64,000 bases of DNA, taken from NCBI GenBank assembly GCA_023231475.1, contig JALJEE010000027.1, positions 1 through 64,000 on the forward strand. The letters run 5' to 3'. Shown here piece after piece: positions 1 to 14,127 of this stretch. The stretch's first letter is position 1. Each line of letters opens with the position of its first letter. Made by a program: the position numbers and the translations under genes. The notes beneath the pieces were generated by a model. It was not told the origin of the DNA. It saw nothing but the letters and a program-made list of their open reading frames with translations, and made no database searches. This DNA is from Seison nebaliae. Its lineage: Eukaryota.

Positions 1-713
1 TTCTGATCGATAAGGGCTCCAATACGAATATCAGTCGCAATGGATGCCAGAATTATCGATCAGAAGAAAAAAGTCTATTAAGCTCTAAAAGCTTCGGATT
101 GTATTGGAGAGAATCCAGTACAATCATTCTTATGGTATTCCACGTGAAATGTTTCAAGATGACAATGGATGAAACCTTTCACCTTATTATTTGGAATTGA
201 TACTTCCTAATACCAATAACACCTACCAATTTTTTAATTAATTCATTTTCAATAATTCTTATTTTTTCTGTGTTCAATAAACTTTTTTGTTCGGAAATTT
301 TCTTTCATACTACAATTATTCGTTAAGTTGAAAAATTAGAAGTAAAAATTGTATCTCTTAAATTTAATTTATTTGTATATAATGAATTTAGGAAATAATA
401 AGATAAATAATAATCCAAAAGTTTTCATCAAATCGATAAATTTCAAAAGAATTCAATATTAATTTGAATAAGAATCATTGTATGCGAGATGGAAATTCCA
501 TTCAGTTCATTCAATTAGATAATTTAACCGTCGTTCCACGTCAGAAAGAAACTGATTTAATAAAAATTGTTGAAAATAAGTAGCAAAGATGAATTTGAAC
601 ATAAACAGTTTATAATTTCATTTTATAAATTATTAGCTCTAATTGGTCATGCAATAAACGGTAACATTTTCTCAAGACATTTCATCAGTTAATTCTCTGA
701 AACTAAATTCATC

Positions 714-1157
714 ATGGATCAAAGAGAACCATGTCCATGGCGTATTGTTGATGATACTGGTGGCGCATTTAGTATGGGACTAATTGGTGGGACGATCCTT
801 CATGGAATTAAAGGATATAGAAATGCTCCCGCTGGAAGTAAACGACGTTTCGCCGGTGCATTAAGTGAAATTAGACATCGAGCACCGAAATTAGGTGGCA
901 GTTTTGCCATGTGGGGTGGAGTGTTCTCATTGACCGAATGTTCCCTCAAATTTCTAAGGAGGAAAGAAGATCCATATAATTCGATAATTAGTGGAGCGAT
1001 TACTGGCGGAGTTGTACAAATTCGTCATGGAATTCCCAATATTTTAGCGTCGGCATTTGTGGGTGGAGTGATATTGGCCATAATTGAAGGATCGATGATA
1101 ATGTTAACGAAATTCCAGACGGAACAAATGAAAGCGGAAATGGCACAAATGCAATGA
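714..1157 (+). CDS. TIMM17: Mitochondrial inner membrane translocase subunit Tim17 (intronless)
   Basis: N-terminus REPCPWRIVDDTGGAFSMG, plus GGSFAMWGG and RKEDPYNSIISGA, match the Tim17 family. Confidence 0.95.
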   Translation: MDQREPCPWRIVDDTGGAFSMGLIGGTILHGIKGYRNAPAGSKRRFAGALSEIRHRAPKLGGSFAMWGGVFSLTECSLKFLRRKEDPYNSIISGAITGGVVQIRHGIPNILASAFVGGVILAIIEGSMIMLTKFQTEQMKAEMAQMQ

Positions 1158-1400
1158 ATTTCTTCCACAATTATTATCGGACGATTATTTTGTAAAATTT
1201 TAAAAAAATTTATCGTTTTTATCTCGTCTAGTAAGTTTCTCTTTATCATAAATTATAATTATTATTATAAATAATTATTTTATTGACAAAAAAATTTTAT
1301 GAATTCTGAAATTTCATTAAAGAATTTTCTCCTTTTAATTTATTCTTCTTTTCTTTATTAATCCATTTCCTAAACAAGACAAATTTTCTTTTTAGAAAAA

Positions 1401-3193
1401 ATGGAAGAAATCGTTAAAGATCTTTATAATTATCTGAAGGAATTGACAGTTGATGAAATGGATACATTCGAATTAGCTGATAAACTTCATTTGGATCATC
1501 AATTGATCGTTGGAGCGATTAAAAGTATTCAAACATATCCAAAAGTTTCCTTCAATTTCTTCATTCAATTTCCCATATTTTTTTTGATGATTAGAGAATA
1601 AAAACGAAAGAAATAGTTTCCACTAACATCGTTATGACGGATGAAGGTAATTATATTATGGATAATAATTCTCATGAAATTAATTTAATTGAAAATTTGA
1701 AAAAATCTCAAGATTGTATGACGGAAAAAGAAGTTTTAAATTTTTGAAGAAATAATTTCGAAATTCCATTTTCGATTAGTTGATGGAATCGTTAGGGAAA
1801 TATGGATCGATCGGATTCCGTCAAGCCATGGCAAATCGATGGATTAGAATTGAGAAAGATGAAGAGAAGAAAATTAATAAAGTCATTTTGAATAAGGAGA
1901 AAGTGGAAAATGTGAAAGATGAAGTGAAACAATTATTAATCGATATAAATGATGGAAAAGTATCGGCAATAGACAAATCATTAAATCCATTGAAAAAAAG
2001 GAAATTGATCAATTTGAAAAAAATTACGGGATATATTATAACGAAAGATGAATTGTTTGAGAAAGGTCTGCCGAAAACATTCACAGAATTAACATCACAA
2101 ATGATGAATAATGGCGAATGGGAATCAATTGTATTCAAAAAATTAAATTTAGATGCTCAAGGTATACCACCAACGGGAGGATATTTACATCCATTAATGA
2201 AAGTCAGATCAGAAATTCGAGATATCTTCCTCGAATTGGGATTCACTGAAATGAAAACGAATAATTATGTAGAAAGTTCATTTTGGAATTTTGATGCACT
2301 TTTCCAACCTCAACAACATCCCGCCAGAGACGCTCACGACACTTTCTTCCTTACAAGTTTATTATTATTATTATTATTTATTAGAAATTATTTATCTAAA
2401 ATATATTCAGATCCTGAAAATTGTAAAAGTTTTGGAAATGTTGATAATTTTGAGAAGAAAGTAAAGAAAGTTCATTCGATGGGTGGTTATGGTTCCACTG
2501 GTTACAATTATGATTGGGAGAGGAAAGAAGCAGAAAAAAATATTCTTCGAACACACACAACGGCTGTCAGTGCACGAATGTTGCATAAGTTGGGAGAGGA
2601 ATTGAAATCGACTGGTCAATTTAAACCGGCGAAATTATTTTCTATTGATAAAGTCTTTCGAAACGAGTCATTAGATGCGACTCATCTCGCCGAATTCCAT
2701 CAAGTCGAGGGAGTGGTAATGGATAAGAATTTGACGTTGAAACATTTAATGGGAATTCTCCAACTTTTCTTCCACAAATTGGGAATTGAACAATTCCGAT
2801 TTAAACCGGCGTATAATCCTTACACCGAACCATCAATGGAAGTTTTTGGATTTCATCCAGGTTCATTTTTTTTTTTATTTTGTCGCAATTAAATTTATGG
2901 GTTAAATTCGAAGGTTTGAAAAAATGGGTGGAAATTGGCAATTCCGGAATATTTCGACCAGAAATGTTGGCGCCAATGGGATTCTCATCTGACGTTCAAG
3001 TTATCGCTTGGGGTCTCTCCCTTGAAAGGTTCACTTGTCATTTTTCGTTTAATTTTTTATCATTTCATTTTAAAGGCCAACGATGATTAAATATGGTTAC
3101 AATAATATACGAAGTTTAATGGGACATAAAGTTGATCTAAAGTTAATTGAGTCAACTCCCATTTGTCATATGAATGAGGGAACAGTGAAATAA
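1401..3193 (+). CDS. FARSA: Phenylalanine--tRNA ligase alpha subunit, 6 exons (introns 1545-1594, 1733-1779, 2357-2410, 2861-2913, 3029-3075)
   Basis: Motifs [48 protein letters not shown] and [12 protein letters not shown]. Splicing restores [14 protein letters not shown] and [13 protein letters not shown]; stop at 3191-3193. Confidence 0.96.
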
Positions 3194-3966
3194 AACTCAT
3201 GAACATCTTCTAAATTCATTCCAAATTTTATTCTCGTTAACTTAAATTCGATGTCAAAACTCTCAAAATGACAATCCCAAATAAAATATTGTTATGCAAA
3301 TCTTCTTATAATTTTACGGAAATCTTCTTTTCTTTCAATTTATTTTTTTATCACTCTAAACTAATTTCTGACATAAAAATCTCATTCATTTAATCATAAA
3401 TATTTTTACAATTTGAATTAATTAACTAAAAATTATTTTATATTTATACGGAAACTTACAATCGATGATTAATCGATAATATTACAATAAGTTAATCGGA
3501 ATTAATTTTCAAAAAATATTTATTTAAATAATTTTTTTAAACACTTTTCTAATTCGATCAGAAGAATTGAACGAATAATGTGTATACCGAAAAATGAATA
3601 AATTTTAAGAGATTTGCAACTAAGTCGTGTTATTTGTCTTACTCGACTCCAGGAATGAGTACGTGAAGAGGAACATTATCTAACAGTATTTTTGATGAGT
3701 AACAGTAATTCTAACTTAATTGATGAATAATTTATACAGAAAATATTCGTAGTGCTGGTAAGAAGTCTTACAACTAATAGTGAAACAGGAAAAATTTGGA
3801 ATAATCTTCTTTTGCACATAAGACATTATGATATAAAAACGTTTTAACTTCCATTCGTTTTAAGTTACCATTCAATCATTCATCTCATTCAATATATTCT
3901 TTTATTTCTCTGGGAGATTTTGAATTGTAAATGAATTAAATCAAAAACTTCCCGGATAATAATCGT

Positions 3967-3980
3967 GTTACTATAGTAAC
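3967..3980. promoter_or_regulatory. Perfect palindromic X-box-like (RFX) motif GTTACTATAGTAAC
   Basis: Fits the RFX consensus GTHNYY-AT-RRNAAC. No adjacent gene identified. Confidence 0.4.
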
Positions 3981-6900
3981 AATTTACAGGTCAAAAGAAT
4001 TCAATCAAGAATTTGTTTCTAATCGGAATTGTAATTAGTATCATTGGAAATTAGTCATTGGAAATAGTCATTTTTCGAAATGATCAGCATATTGAAATGC
4101 AATTTGTCAGAAGGATTCCATTAACATCTTCATTATATAATTATAAAGGTGATGAGTCACAAACTCGAAATTTCCCAATAAAGAGAATCATATTTCATTC
4201 TAGATTTCATTGCCGTTTTTATTCTTCGTTTAATAATGAATTTCTGATTTGTATGAAGAATAAATCATATTTTCAATTAACATAGACTGTATGTGTGTGT
4301 TGAGAGTGAAGAATGCTTTTAATAGAATTAAAATAATTACATAATAATTATGAAGTTGGCTATTCTTCGATATGGTGGCACTCCTCTTCCACTTCGACAT
4401 TATCTCTCATTTACTCATATTCGAATAAATGCGATGACAAGCGTCCATATATTTGTTAAAGATAAGAATGACTAATAATTATTATCTCCCTCCCATGTTC
4501 GACATTCATCCATTATGTAAATAAATTAATGAAATTTCTAAAGAATTTATCCGTTTTCACTTGGATGTTCATTTCATCTCTTAATTCATCTACTACTATT
4601 TATATTCTCGAAATTCGTTGGAAACGAGTAGACGGACGAAAGACCAAGAATGCAGATTCCCATTATTTTTATCTCATAAATTATCTCACAATTATGTCGA
4701 TTGACTATAATTCATCATCATGGAAATTGTGGAAAGTAACCAAAATTTCAAGAGTAAAGTCCTTCTACGACTTCGTGTTGTTGTTAGTAAACATGTTATA
4801 GGCATGTAGTTGTATGAGATGTGAGTAGAATATTCGTGAAAATCATTTCTGATATTCGTCGAATCGTCGAAGTTTATTGTTATTTTTCATCTCGAGTAAA
4901 TATGTTCGATATCGACAAATTTCATCTCACAGTTATAGAAAAAAATTGTTGTAGATTAAACGATTTTTCAAATGATGAAATTTTAAAGAAATTATGACTT
5001 AACCATAATTCATAAGGAAATTGAATGACGTAAAACAGATCCATAAATTTTGGAAATGATATATCGATTAAGTTACATACAGTTAACATCGTTTCCTTCT
5101 CCTTATTTTTCAGTATGCGGTAAACGATGTGCCACATTTTTTTTATCTGAACTTCCAAATTTTTATGCTAATGACGTGCAACATATAATATCGTCTGTGC
5201 ATTCTCCGCCTTCATTTCCATATGGTGGCAATTTAATATGGGAAGTGTTATTTGGAATATTCAGTTCAAATTATTTCATAAATTCGAATGAAATGAATGC
5301 ACAATTATTTTAATATGGTAATTAGATGAGAATATGGGCAACAGAATTAGACGTAACCAATCATTTATCAATTAATATTTGTAAGTGAATTTAGTTCGTA
5401 TTTTTATGAACATTCTCTTTTGTCTATTGTCAGTTAGTTATAGTATATATATTGGGAAATGTTTCCTTAAATAATCTAATAACTTATTTCTTATTCTGAT
5501 TATTAACATCGTTATCGTTTCCTAATTATTAATGACGGAAGAATATTATTGACGAATCCTTATTATTATGTTGACATATTTTGCATCGGACAACTCTAAT
5601 GATTCATCCTCAAATTTTCTGTTAACATGTTGAGAACAATTATGTATTAGCTTCGTACATGAACCAACCTAAAAATTTGAATTAAAAGGAAATATAAGGT
5701 TCGGGTTGGTGAGCACATTATATCATCCATTGCTCATTTGTCCCATGTTATTCTAGTGATTATTCTTATTTGCATAAATTTACGAATCATGAAACAAACA
5801 CAGATAAACAGAACTAGTTGAATTCATTGTTTATTTACAGTTACTGGTGTTTTTTCGGGAAATTCTATGGAAAATAATATGGACATGCTCCTTATCGGAC
5901 ACGACCAAATCGTCGTAATAAGTTAATTGTTCTTGATAATTGAACAGAATTAAACAAATGTTAATTAACTTGAAAACTATTCTCTAAATGTTAATATGTT
6001 TTCACGATGAAAATGCAGGAACTAAAGAAATTGTTGAGGTTATTAAAGTTGGGTGGTAAATTGAAGTGTCATCGACAAGTTTTATGTGAAAGGGTGAGAG
6101 AGTGTCCAATATCATAAAATTTCCGCATACCGGACTGTGAGCGAAGTATTAATTGATTGATAAAATATTTCGATTTTGGTGAATGTGGTAAAACCACCAC
6201 ATTCTTCCTTAACGTACAATAATTATAATAAATAATTTATTGATGAGATACACTCTTCTCCTTTCCCCCATTTGATGGTAATAATAATGATTTTCTCTTC
6301 CTCCCGTTTTCCCTGTTCCCGTCTTCGTTTGTGGGGAAATAAGTCCATTCGTTAATACGAGAAGTAGTCAGATGCGATGAATATTTTTGATTTAATATCA
6401 TTTGTCCTACGTATTGTTGATAAGAGGAAAAAGTAGTATCAAGAAGAACGAAAAAGAGAAAAAGACTAAAATTTACGGATTCCTCAACTAATTTCCATAG
6501 AGCTATCGACATTTTCTATCACTCTGTTGTACCTAGACCAAATCTCTACGGACATACACATATGTATATCAACACAATTTGTATATTTTACCATTCATAT
6601 ACGTACTTCCCAATTGTATATCATATTCATATTATGTAGATAAACATTCGTGTGAAGATAAACGTGGCGAAAATGGGAGAACAATGCGTTGTTATAAGAT
6701 CATATCATGAACGGACGCCATAGCGAAAAAGATAAATATCAAATGTTCAATAGCCCATACGGTAAAGGTGAAGAAGTAACAGAAACATAATGTTGTCAGA
6801 CTGTTAACACCGAACTGAAAGTTACTGGAAGAAGAAGAACTTCGGTTGTTGTTGTTGTTCCATCAAATTAATATAACAATAACAATCTCTAATGTAGCTT

Positions 6901-8335
6901 AAGGGAATTGATTCGTAATAGAATGAAATTGCTACCCAAGAAATTAAGTGTAAAAAAGGGCCGACCTTCGACATCACCAAATTGATGTAATTTTTTAGTG
7001 TGTACTTAACATTGGCATAGTTTATATGTTCATCTAATTAGTTCCTTATGTTCATGTAATTGGTTCTTTCCAGGACAAAACTTATATTCCAATGATTCGT
7101 TTCCATGCCTTAATTGGACAAAGTTTTATTCCCAAAACTCTTCCATCCCAATTCCATCCATCAATTTTTTTGATATTCTTCTTTTTAATATTTATTAGTC
7201 TTCTTCTTCCCCTCAAGTCTAAGAAATTCAAGTACAATATCTCATTAAAGTTAATCGAAATTATTATTAATTTTACCATTACTCTTATGTAATGTGTGAG
7301 ATCTGACGTGCATAACTGGAATAAATTTTTCAAATTTTTTGTTTGAAATTGTTTTAGTTACTTATCTTTTGAAATGATGAATAATGGGAGAAAGAAATTG
7401 GACATTGACAAACATTTTTATGATGGTTGATAAAGGAATAAGTTAGAAAGAAGTCCAAAATGATGAAGCTATGGCGAATGTCTAAAGAATGACATCCTTC
7501 TAATTCCAAATGTTTATGTACGATGATCATTTGATATATTGTTTACATAAAGTGGAAGTACACTTCTTCCATATGTACACAGTGGGGGGAATTGGTTAAA
7601 GTAAATTCCTGTGATAGACAGGAGAATGTCTCGTTCGGTGAAGTAACTGAAAGCACTTCAAAATGAATGATCGAGGTTTCTCTCAATAAGAAATAACCGT
7701 AATGGATATTTTAGCTATTCTACTTAAATACTTACCATCGGCAGCAGATTATTCTTCGAGTTGAATAAATCTTTCTTCTTGTTTTGGTCAAAGAAAAATA
7801 TTTCCACTTTAGGACAATAATATCTAAATGTCAAAAAGGAATGTTACGAATAAATTTGTTTATCCAATACACAATCGTTAAGATGAACCATTAACAAGAA
7901 GATATATGTCATGTATTTATGGTTCCTCATAATCTCAATCCGATATTATAAGTACGTTATGTTATGTGATTATTTCAACAATGAATTAATGATCAATTGA
8001 ACATACATTCTCTTACGATTCTTCCACATAACGTTGGATATTATAAATAAATCTTTATAGTTTCATAGTCAAATATAATGAACGAAATAGAATTCTCTTA
8101 TCGATTAAATTATCTGGAAATGTTAATCTAATTATAAAGAGGAAAGAAATTTTCCGATAAATTTATTAAAATTATCATTTGTCAATGATTATTTAAGTTT
8201 TTCCTTCGGGAAAAATGTTATTTCCATGAAACTTTCCTTTGAAAATATGTTCAACTAAAATTTATCTCTAATGAAAACACTTTTTTTTTCTCCAAAATTC
8301 CTTATTAATGTTAAAGAAATGATTACACAACAAAA

Positions 8336-11276
8336 ATGATTAGTGATGCACCAATAATTAATGTCAATCACCAAAGTGAATATTTCGCATCTGCTCAACA
8401 ACAGTTGCCCAAATGGCAATTGGAGATTGAAGTGGCCGCCAATTTCGATGAGGCATATCGTGACACTTGTGATTTCGACGTCTTGAAAGAGGATTATGAA
8501 AAGAAGAAATCATCAAAATTTTCAATTCTAGTTGATCGAACATGTACCGTTGGCATGGTAATGATACATTTGAATAGTGAATTAACGAAAGTGAATTCAT
8601 GTGGTAATTGGTCGGATTATTGTTTGTGGTGGATCGAGGAGAAGAAATGGTTGGAACATTCCAATTGTACTTTAGCTTCCTTATGTGTCAATGCTGATAG
8701 TCATTTGTATTTCTCGCCCAGACATCGACCAATTCGTTTGCAATTACCAGATTGTAGGATTTTGTTATTGAACGCCGATTTCTCATGTTCCGTATTCTCC
8801 TGCGTTACAAGATTATGTTCCGATTTGGGAATTTCATTTTCCGAAGAACTTTCGTTAATCCATTTACCGAATCGAATGAACGCATCAACAAAACATAATT
8901 TTTCAAACGATCAATTATCGAATATTGAAATATCGACGGAAAATCTCCTTCAACGAAGTCGTCGTTCATCAAATTCAACAACAACATCATCATCAGCGTC
9001 GTCGTCGTCAGGTGTGAGAAAATTGAAGAATCGACGACATCTCAATTCATCAACTCACGTGTCAGTGAGTGATAGTGAATTGAAGAATGTGAGACAATTT
9101 GATGGAATTAGTACAACAACAACCGATAGTGGTAATATGATTCCGTTGATAACGATTAGCGGAAATATTCGATATAATTATAATTCGGAGAATATGAATG
9201 AAAATGAATCGAATGGTCGTGGAATGGTTTTAGTGGTTAAATCATCGAGACCGTGGTATTATAATAACGGTCGTTATTTCGAAATTGATTCGTTAACGAA
9301 AGCTTGTATCGATGATGCAATTCCATATAATCGACGATCGACACCGTTAGAAACAAGTATTCAATTACCAGTTCGAACGGCTTTGGGACGTTTACCGCGT
9401 GAAACGACATTTTTGGATGCTGCTCGAGTCTCTCGTTGTTGGTTGGATAGTGAGAGAACGTTGGCCGAACAAAATGTGTCTCCATTCGATTTTCTATTAT
9501 TGAGATTTAAATATTATGATTTCTATCACATCGCTCAAGGTACTCCGGTACGTATTCATCAATTATATGAACAATTACGATTGTCAATTCTATCGAATTC
9601 GGTCAATTGTACAGAGAAGGAGGCGCTGCACTTTGCCGCTCTCCAATATTCGATCGATCAACAAGAATCCATCGAATTGTCGAATAATAACAATTATAAT
9701 TTATCCGATAATTCATTTTTATCAATACCACATCATTCAAATTATCAGACGATAGACAATTATAATAATTTCAATCGAAATCATGAAATTGATGGTAATG
9801 GAATGAGAAAGAATCCAGAAACACAATCAATTATCGAAACAATCGAAGAAGAAATCAAATCATTCGGTATCACATCGACGAATGAATTCAAAAGAGAAAC
9901 AGAAATGAAAGTCGCTAAATCCATCGACAATGATGGAAATAAATCAAAATTTAGTTTTCTTACACATCGATCCCATAATAATGGTATTTCATCCAATGGT
10001 CCGACTAATACTCAATTTACACAATCGACGAATAGTTTCGATCACACACATGGAATGTCGAATAAATATGGAACAACTTCCTTTAAGAAATATTGGTGTG
10101 TTCTCCAATTGCCGATGTTGACGATGTGGAAATCAAAACAGGCTTATCAGAATTCGGCGGGTCGATTCAGTTGTGTGACTGGAATGAAACAATGTCAAGT
10201 AGATAAATTGGACACGTTCACTAACACCGATTATCAATTACGATACGATTTGACAGACGCAAAAATTTCCTCCTATACTTTAAACGGTAAATTTATCATT
10301 TGGTTAGTGGTGGCAACAGAATTTGGAGATTTAACAAAAATTACTTTGAAAACGAATATCATGGACGATTATGTGGATTGGTTGGCGATTATTCGATTAT
10401 TCTTACGATCAGGCTTAGATGAGAAATCGTACGATAATGAAAAGAGAATGATTCAAGCGACATTACTCGATTCGTCGATTAATGACAATCATACCATCGT
10501 TTCCGACGTTCTACAATCACCTTCTTCAACTTTGTCAATCGAACAATATTTTTCTCCTCTCCATTTGGGAGTCTCTCCCAAACTTTTATATTCTACAAAC
10601 ACACCACCAAATCAGTATCAAATGAAGAAATTATCACGTAAAGATGCTCAGACGGTAAAGAATTCCCTTCTGACTAATCAGCAACAGCAACTGATGAAGA
10701 AAAAAACGATGATGAAACAACTGTTGTTAGATTATCTGAATCAATTGAATTTCGATCAGATTCCATCGAATGACTTAAAATTGAACTTTATTGAGCGATG
10801 GAGATCATTACCAGATGCTGGATTCGTCTACTTTCATATTCAACTTCAAAATTCAAAAAAGTTATCGGTACTGGGCTTAATGCCAAACAGAATCGTTCTC
10901 ATAGAAGATGCAGATCGACGTGTTGTTGATCGCTCGTGGCGATTAGATGCATTAACTGATTGGTTCGTTCGATGGGAAACATCAATGGTTTTTTTTCCTT
11001 CGTTTAAATATTTAATTAATTATATATAATTATTAGATTACATTAATGTTTGAAAATGATCGGTTACAATTCACATGCACATCATGTCAATGTCAAACAT
11101 TACACGAATTTATTGGGGGATACGTCTATTGCGCTTTACGATTCCGTTCGGATAAATCGGATGCACAAGACACCGTCGACGGAACAAAATTACGTATACG
11201 TCTTAACGAATTTCGACCGGATGAAAACATTTTCAAACAAATGACACGAGGAAACCCCTCGCGTTTGAAAACATAG
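8336..11276 (+). CDS. FERMT: Kindlin / fermitin family (FERM with inserted PH domain), 2 exons (intron 10988-11036)
   Basis: F0 motif NWSDYCLWW; WLDSERTLAEQNV..LLLRFKYY; RIHQLYEQ; ALHFAALQY. Spliced F3 end reads RWETSM|ITLMF...LHEFIGGYVY. Confidence 0.92.
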
Positions 11277-12156
11277 ACATGACTCATTCTTTCTCGGAGT
11301 TGATGGATGACATCTGACGAACAAATTGAGATCCATCATCGTTTTGATGAGAATCGTCTTCATATTTATATTTTGGGGCGAATCAAATGTGTATGTATAT
11401 TTTGTATTAAAATAAACTCATTTCATTCTTCAATTTTAATGAGCTTCATTTCCTCTCACTAATACATTTAATCATCGTTTCCATCGTCCGAACATTTTTC
11501 AAAAAAATTTCTTTTCTTTCTTTGAACATTTTTTTGAAAATATAATTGAAGTTTTGGGAAAGAAAAGATCTTTATCTTGAAAGTTTTCTAATAAAACTTC
11601 GTTTTAGACTTCGTTTCTCCTTTAAACTTTCTTTGTTTATTCAATGATTTCGTAAAGATTTTTCTTTGCAGATTTACGAAGATCATTTGTAAAAAATGGC
11701 CATTGTACCATTGAATTATGATGGAGAAGAAAATGAGTAGATCGATGATATAAGAAAGGATAAATTAACATACATTTATGATGATATGAATGTGTAATTG
11801 AACATAGTTTTCTTGAGAAGTTTAAGTGAACTACTATTATAATGAAGTAGTAATGACTGATCCGATAATCAGATTGTAGAAGAAATTCCGTAAAAGAATC
11901 TGTTGGAGCAGATCAAGGTTATGATTGTAACAGTTCCCGAAACTAGTAAAGAATATGATCGTTACTTTTATCATTGCGTTAAACTGCCCATTAAAAAACT
12001 CATAATGTTTCATTCGAAATGACGTTCCTTTTTCCACTTCTGATGATAATTTCCGTTTAATTTCCTTCTATTTCCCCACTTAATATCCTCGTTAATGGTA
12101 ATCGATGTTCTCTTTTAAATATGGAATAAAGATCTTTAATTAATTTCATCTCTAAT

Positions 12157-13868
12157 ATGAATTCTAAAATTTTCCTCATAATTCTCTTACAAATCAACTA
12201 CCTGCCACTAATCTATCCACGACTAACATCGTTGTTGGATTTGAGACATAAAATAATGGAACATAATGAAGAAACGAAACGACAACGAGAATATCTTCGA
12301 TGGAAGAGTCAAGAAGAAATGAAACTTCGGAGGAAGGAACATCGATTGAGAGTTTTGAAGTATTATCAGTTAAGAGCATCGACATCCACCGTCTCAACGA
12401 CCACAACGTTTGCCGAAAATACTCCCTTGGAAACTACTCCACCACCAGTCTTGAACATTTCTCCCGTTGTTCAATATAATCCATTTGATCGTTGCAAACA
12501 TTGTCGTTACATTAATCAATTACCGATGAACGATCAAATTCTTTTAAGAAAAATGAAAGCATTAAATGACATTCTACAGTTCTCATTTAACTTCTTCTTT
12601 CATTATTTTAAATAAATATTTTTCCTTTATTTAGTCATCTCAACATTAAGAATATATCGGAATATAATTACAATTTAGAATATAATCGTGAAACAAGGAA
12701 ATATAATTCGAAATATATGTTACGAACCGTCCGATTACCATCATATATCCAAGAGCAAATCGATGAAGTCAATAAAAATGATTTCGTCGAAATGAAACAG
12801 TTGGGAGAGAAGAATATTGCCAATTTAGAAAAACGAATAAGATTATCTCGATTTCGTAAAGACACTCCAATTACACGTCAATATATCGAACCTCAAAAAA
12901 GTTTGAAAATTTTTTTCATTAATTAATTATTATTAATTTCATTTTTTTCAACTGTTTCCAGATTTCTTTTGCATCGGCCGTTCATCCTTATGTATCTATT
13001 TTCCGAAGAATTTAAATCGAATGAAAGGTATCAAATATTTGACATTGAAAACGGCACTTCTCCTTCCGATGAATAAAACTTTATGTAACACCGAACCAAC
13101 TCTCATTTTTTATCCAATGCCAAATAATAAATCGGAGAATCTTTATAAAACCGATCAACCGGTCGTTTTCGATACCCAACCAATGGGTTCATAATTTTAT
13201 AATTATAATTTAATATTATTTATTTTTTGAAGGAAATTGGACGAGAATTCCATTGATAACTTTGAAATCGACAACTGATCATTCAGCTCGATGGAATTTC
13301 GAAGATAATCGAGGAATAACAATACGACGAGCTGGTTGTAACAATAAGAGAATGAACGAACTATTTCCAATTAGTAAACAATCGCCTTTATTCGAATATA
13401 TCGTAATGAAAATCCAATTAAATAATGTTAATGAAAAAAAAGAAAGAAAACAAAGATCGAATTCGATAACTGACGAGAAGGAAAACGAATTACCACAATG
13501 TCTATCGGAAGCGAAAAAAATGAATATTGATATAATTAGTAATAAACAATGTTGTCTTCGTTATGTCACGCTGGATTTCAGCAGTTTTGGTTGGCATTGG
13601 ATCATTTATCCGAAAACCTTTAAATTAACATTTTGTGATGGATATTGTGGAGGTTTATTTCATTTTATTTATTATTTTGAACATTTTCATTAAATTATTT
13701 CTTTTTTAAGCATTAACTCATATTAATCAAAAAGTTAGTGGATTTTCCAAATGTAGCGCCATGTCCAAAGCTCCATTAGTGATCGTATATCGAGACGAGA
13801 AGAATCGAAAATTGTTAAAGACAATTCAAATACCGGAACTCAGAGCAACATCTTGTCATTGTATGTAA
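12157..13868 (+). CDS. TGF-beta superfamily ligand (activin/myostatin-type cysteine pattern), 5 exons (introns 12579-12634, 12901-12961, 13187-13232, 13653-13710)
   Basis: Signal peptide, prodomain and RKQR furin site, then C...CCLRYVTLDFSSFGWHWIIYPK...FCDGYC...C...SCHCM-stop. The frame is continuous after splicing. Confidence 0.9.
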
Positions 13869-14127
13869 CTGATATGAACCAATTTAACAATTTTATTTAT
13901 TTTAATCATTTTCTTTTATTTTCATTAAATTATACTTTTTTTTCTTGAAAATTTTTATAATTAATAATTTAGAATTTCGGTGTTGAAGAATTTATCGAAC
14001 ATTCAATTTCATAATAATACTAATTATTAGATATGGAAAATAAAGAAAAATTCAAAAGTTTAGTTTTTGATTGTTAAGGCAATTATTCAAAATATCATTG
14101 CAATTTTATATTCTTTCCAATAATCAA

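Noticed and set aside
1..200. Open frame at the window start ending near 200
   Set aside because: Could be the 3' end of a gene, but there is no recognisable motif.
4058..7333. Short ORFs in the FARSA-kindlin gap, and likewise 51320-53556
   Set aside because: F/I/L-rich, motif-free and not joinable by splicing; expected by chance.
7728..7760. ATACTTACC resembling the U1 snRNA 5' end
   Set aside because: Continues ATCGGC rather than TGG, and I see no U1 stem-loops or Sm site.
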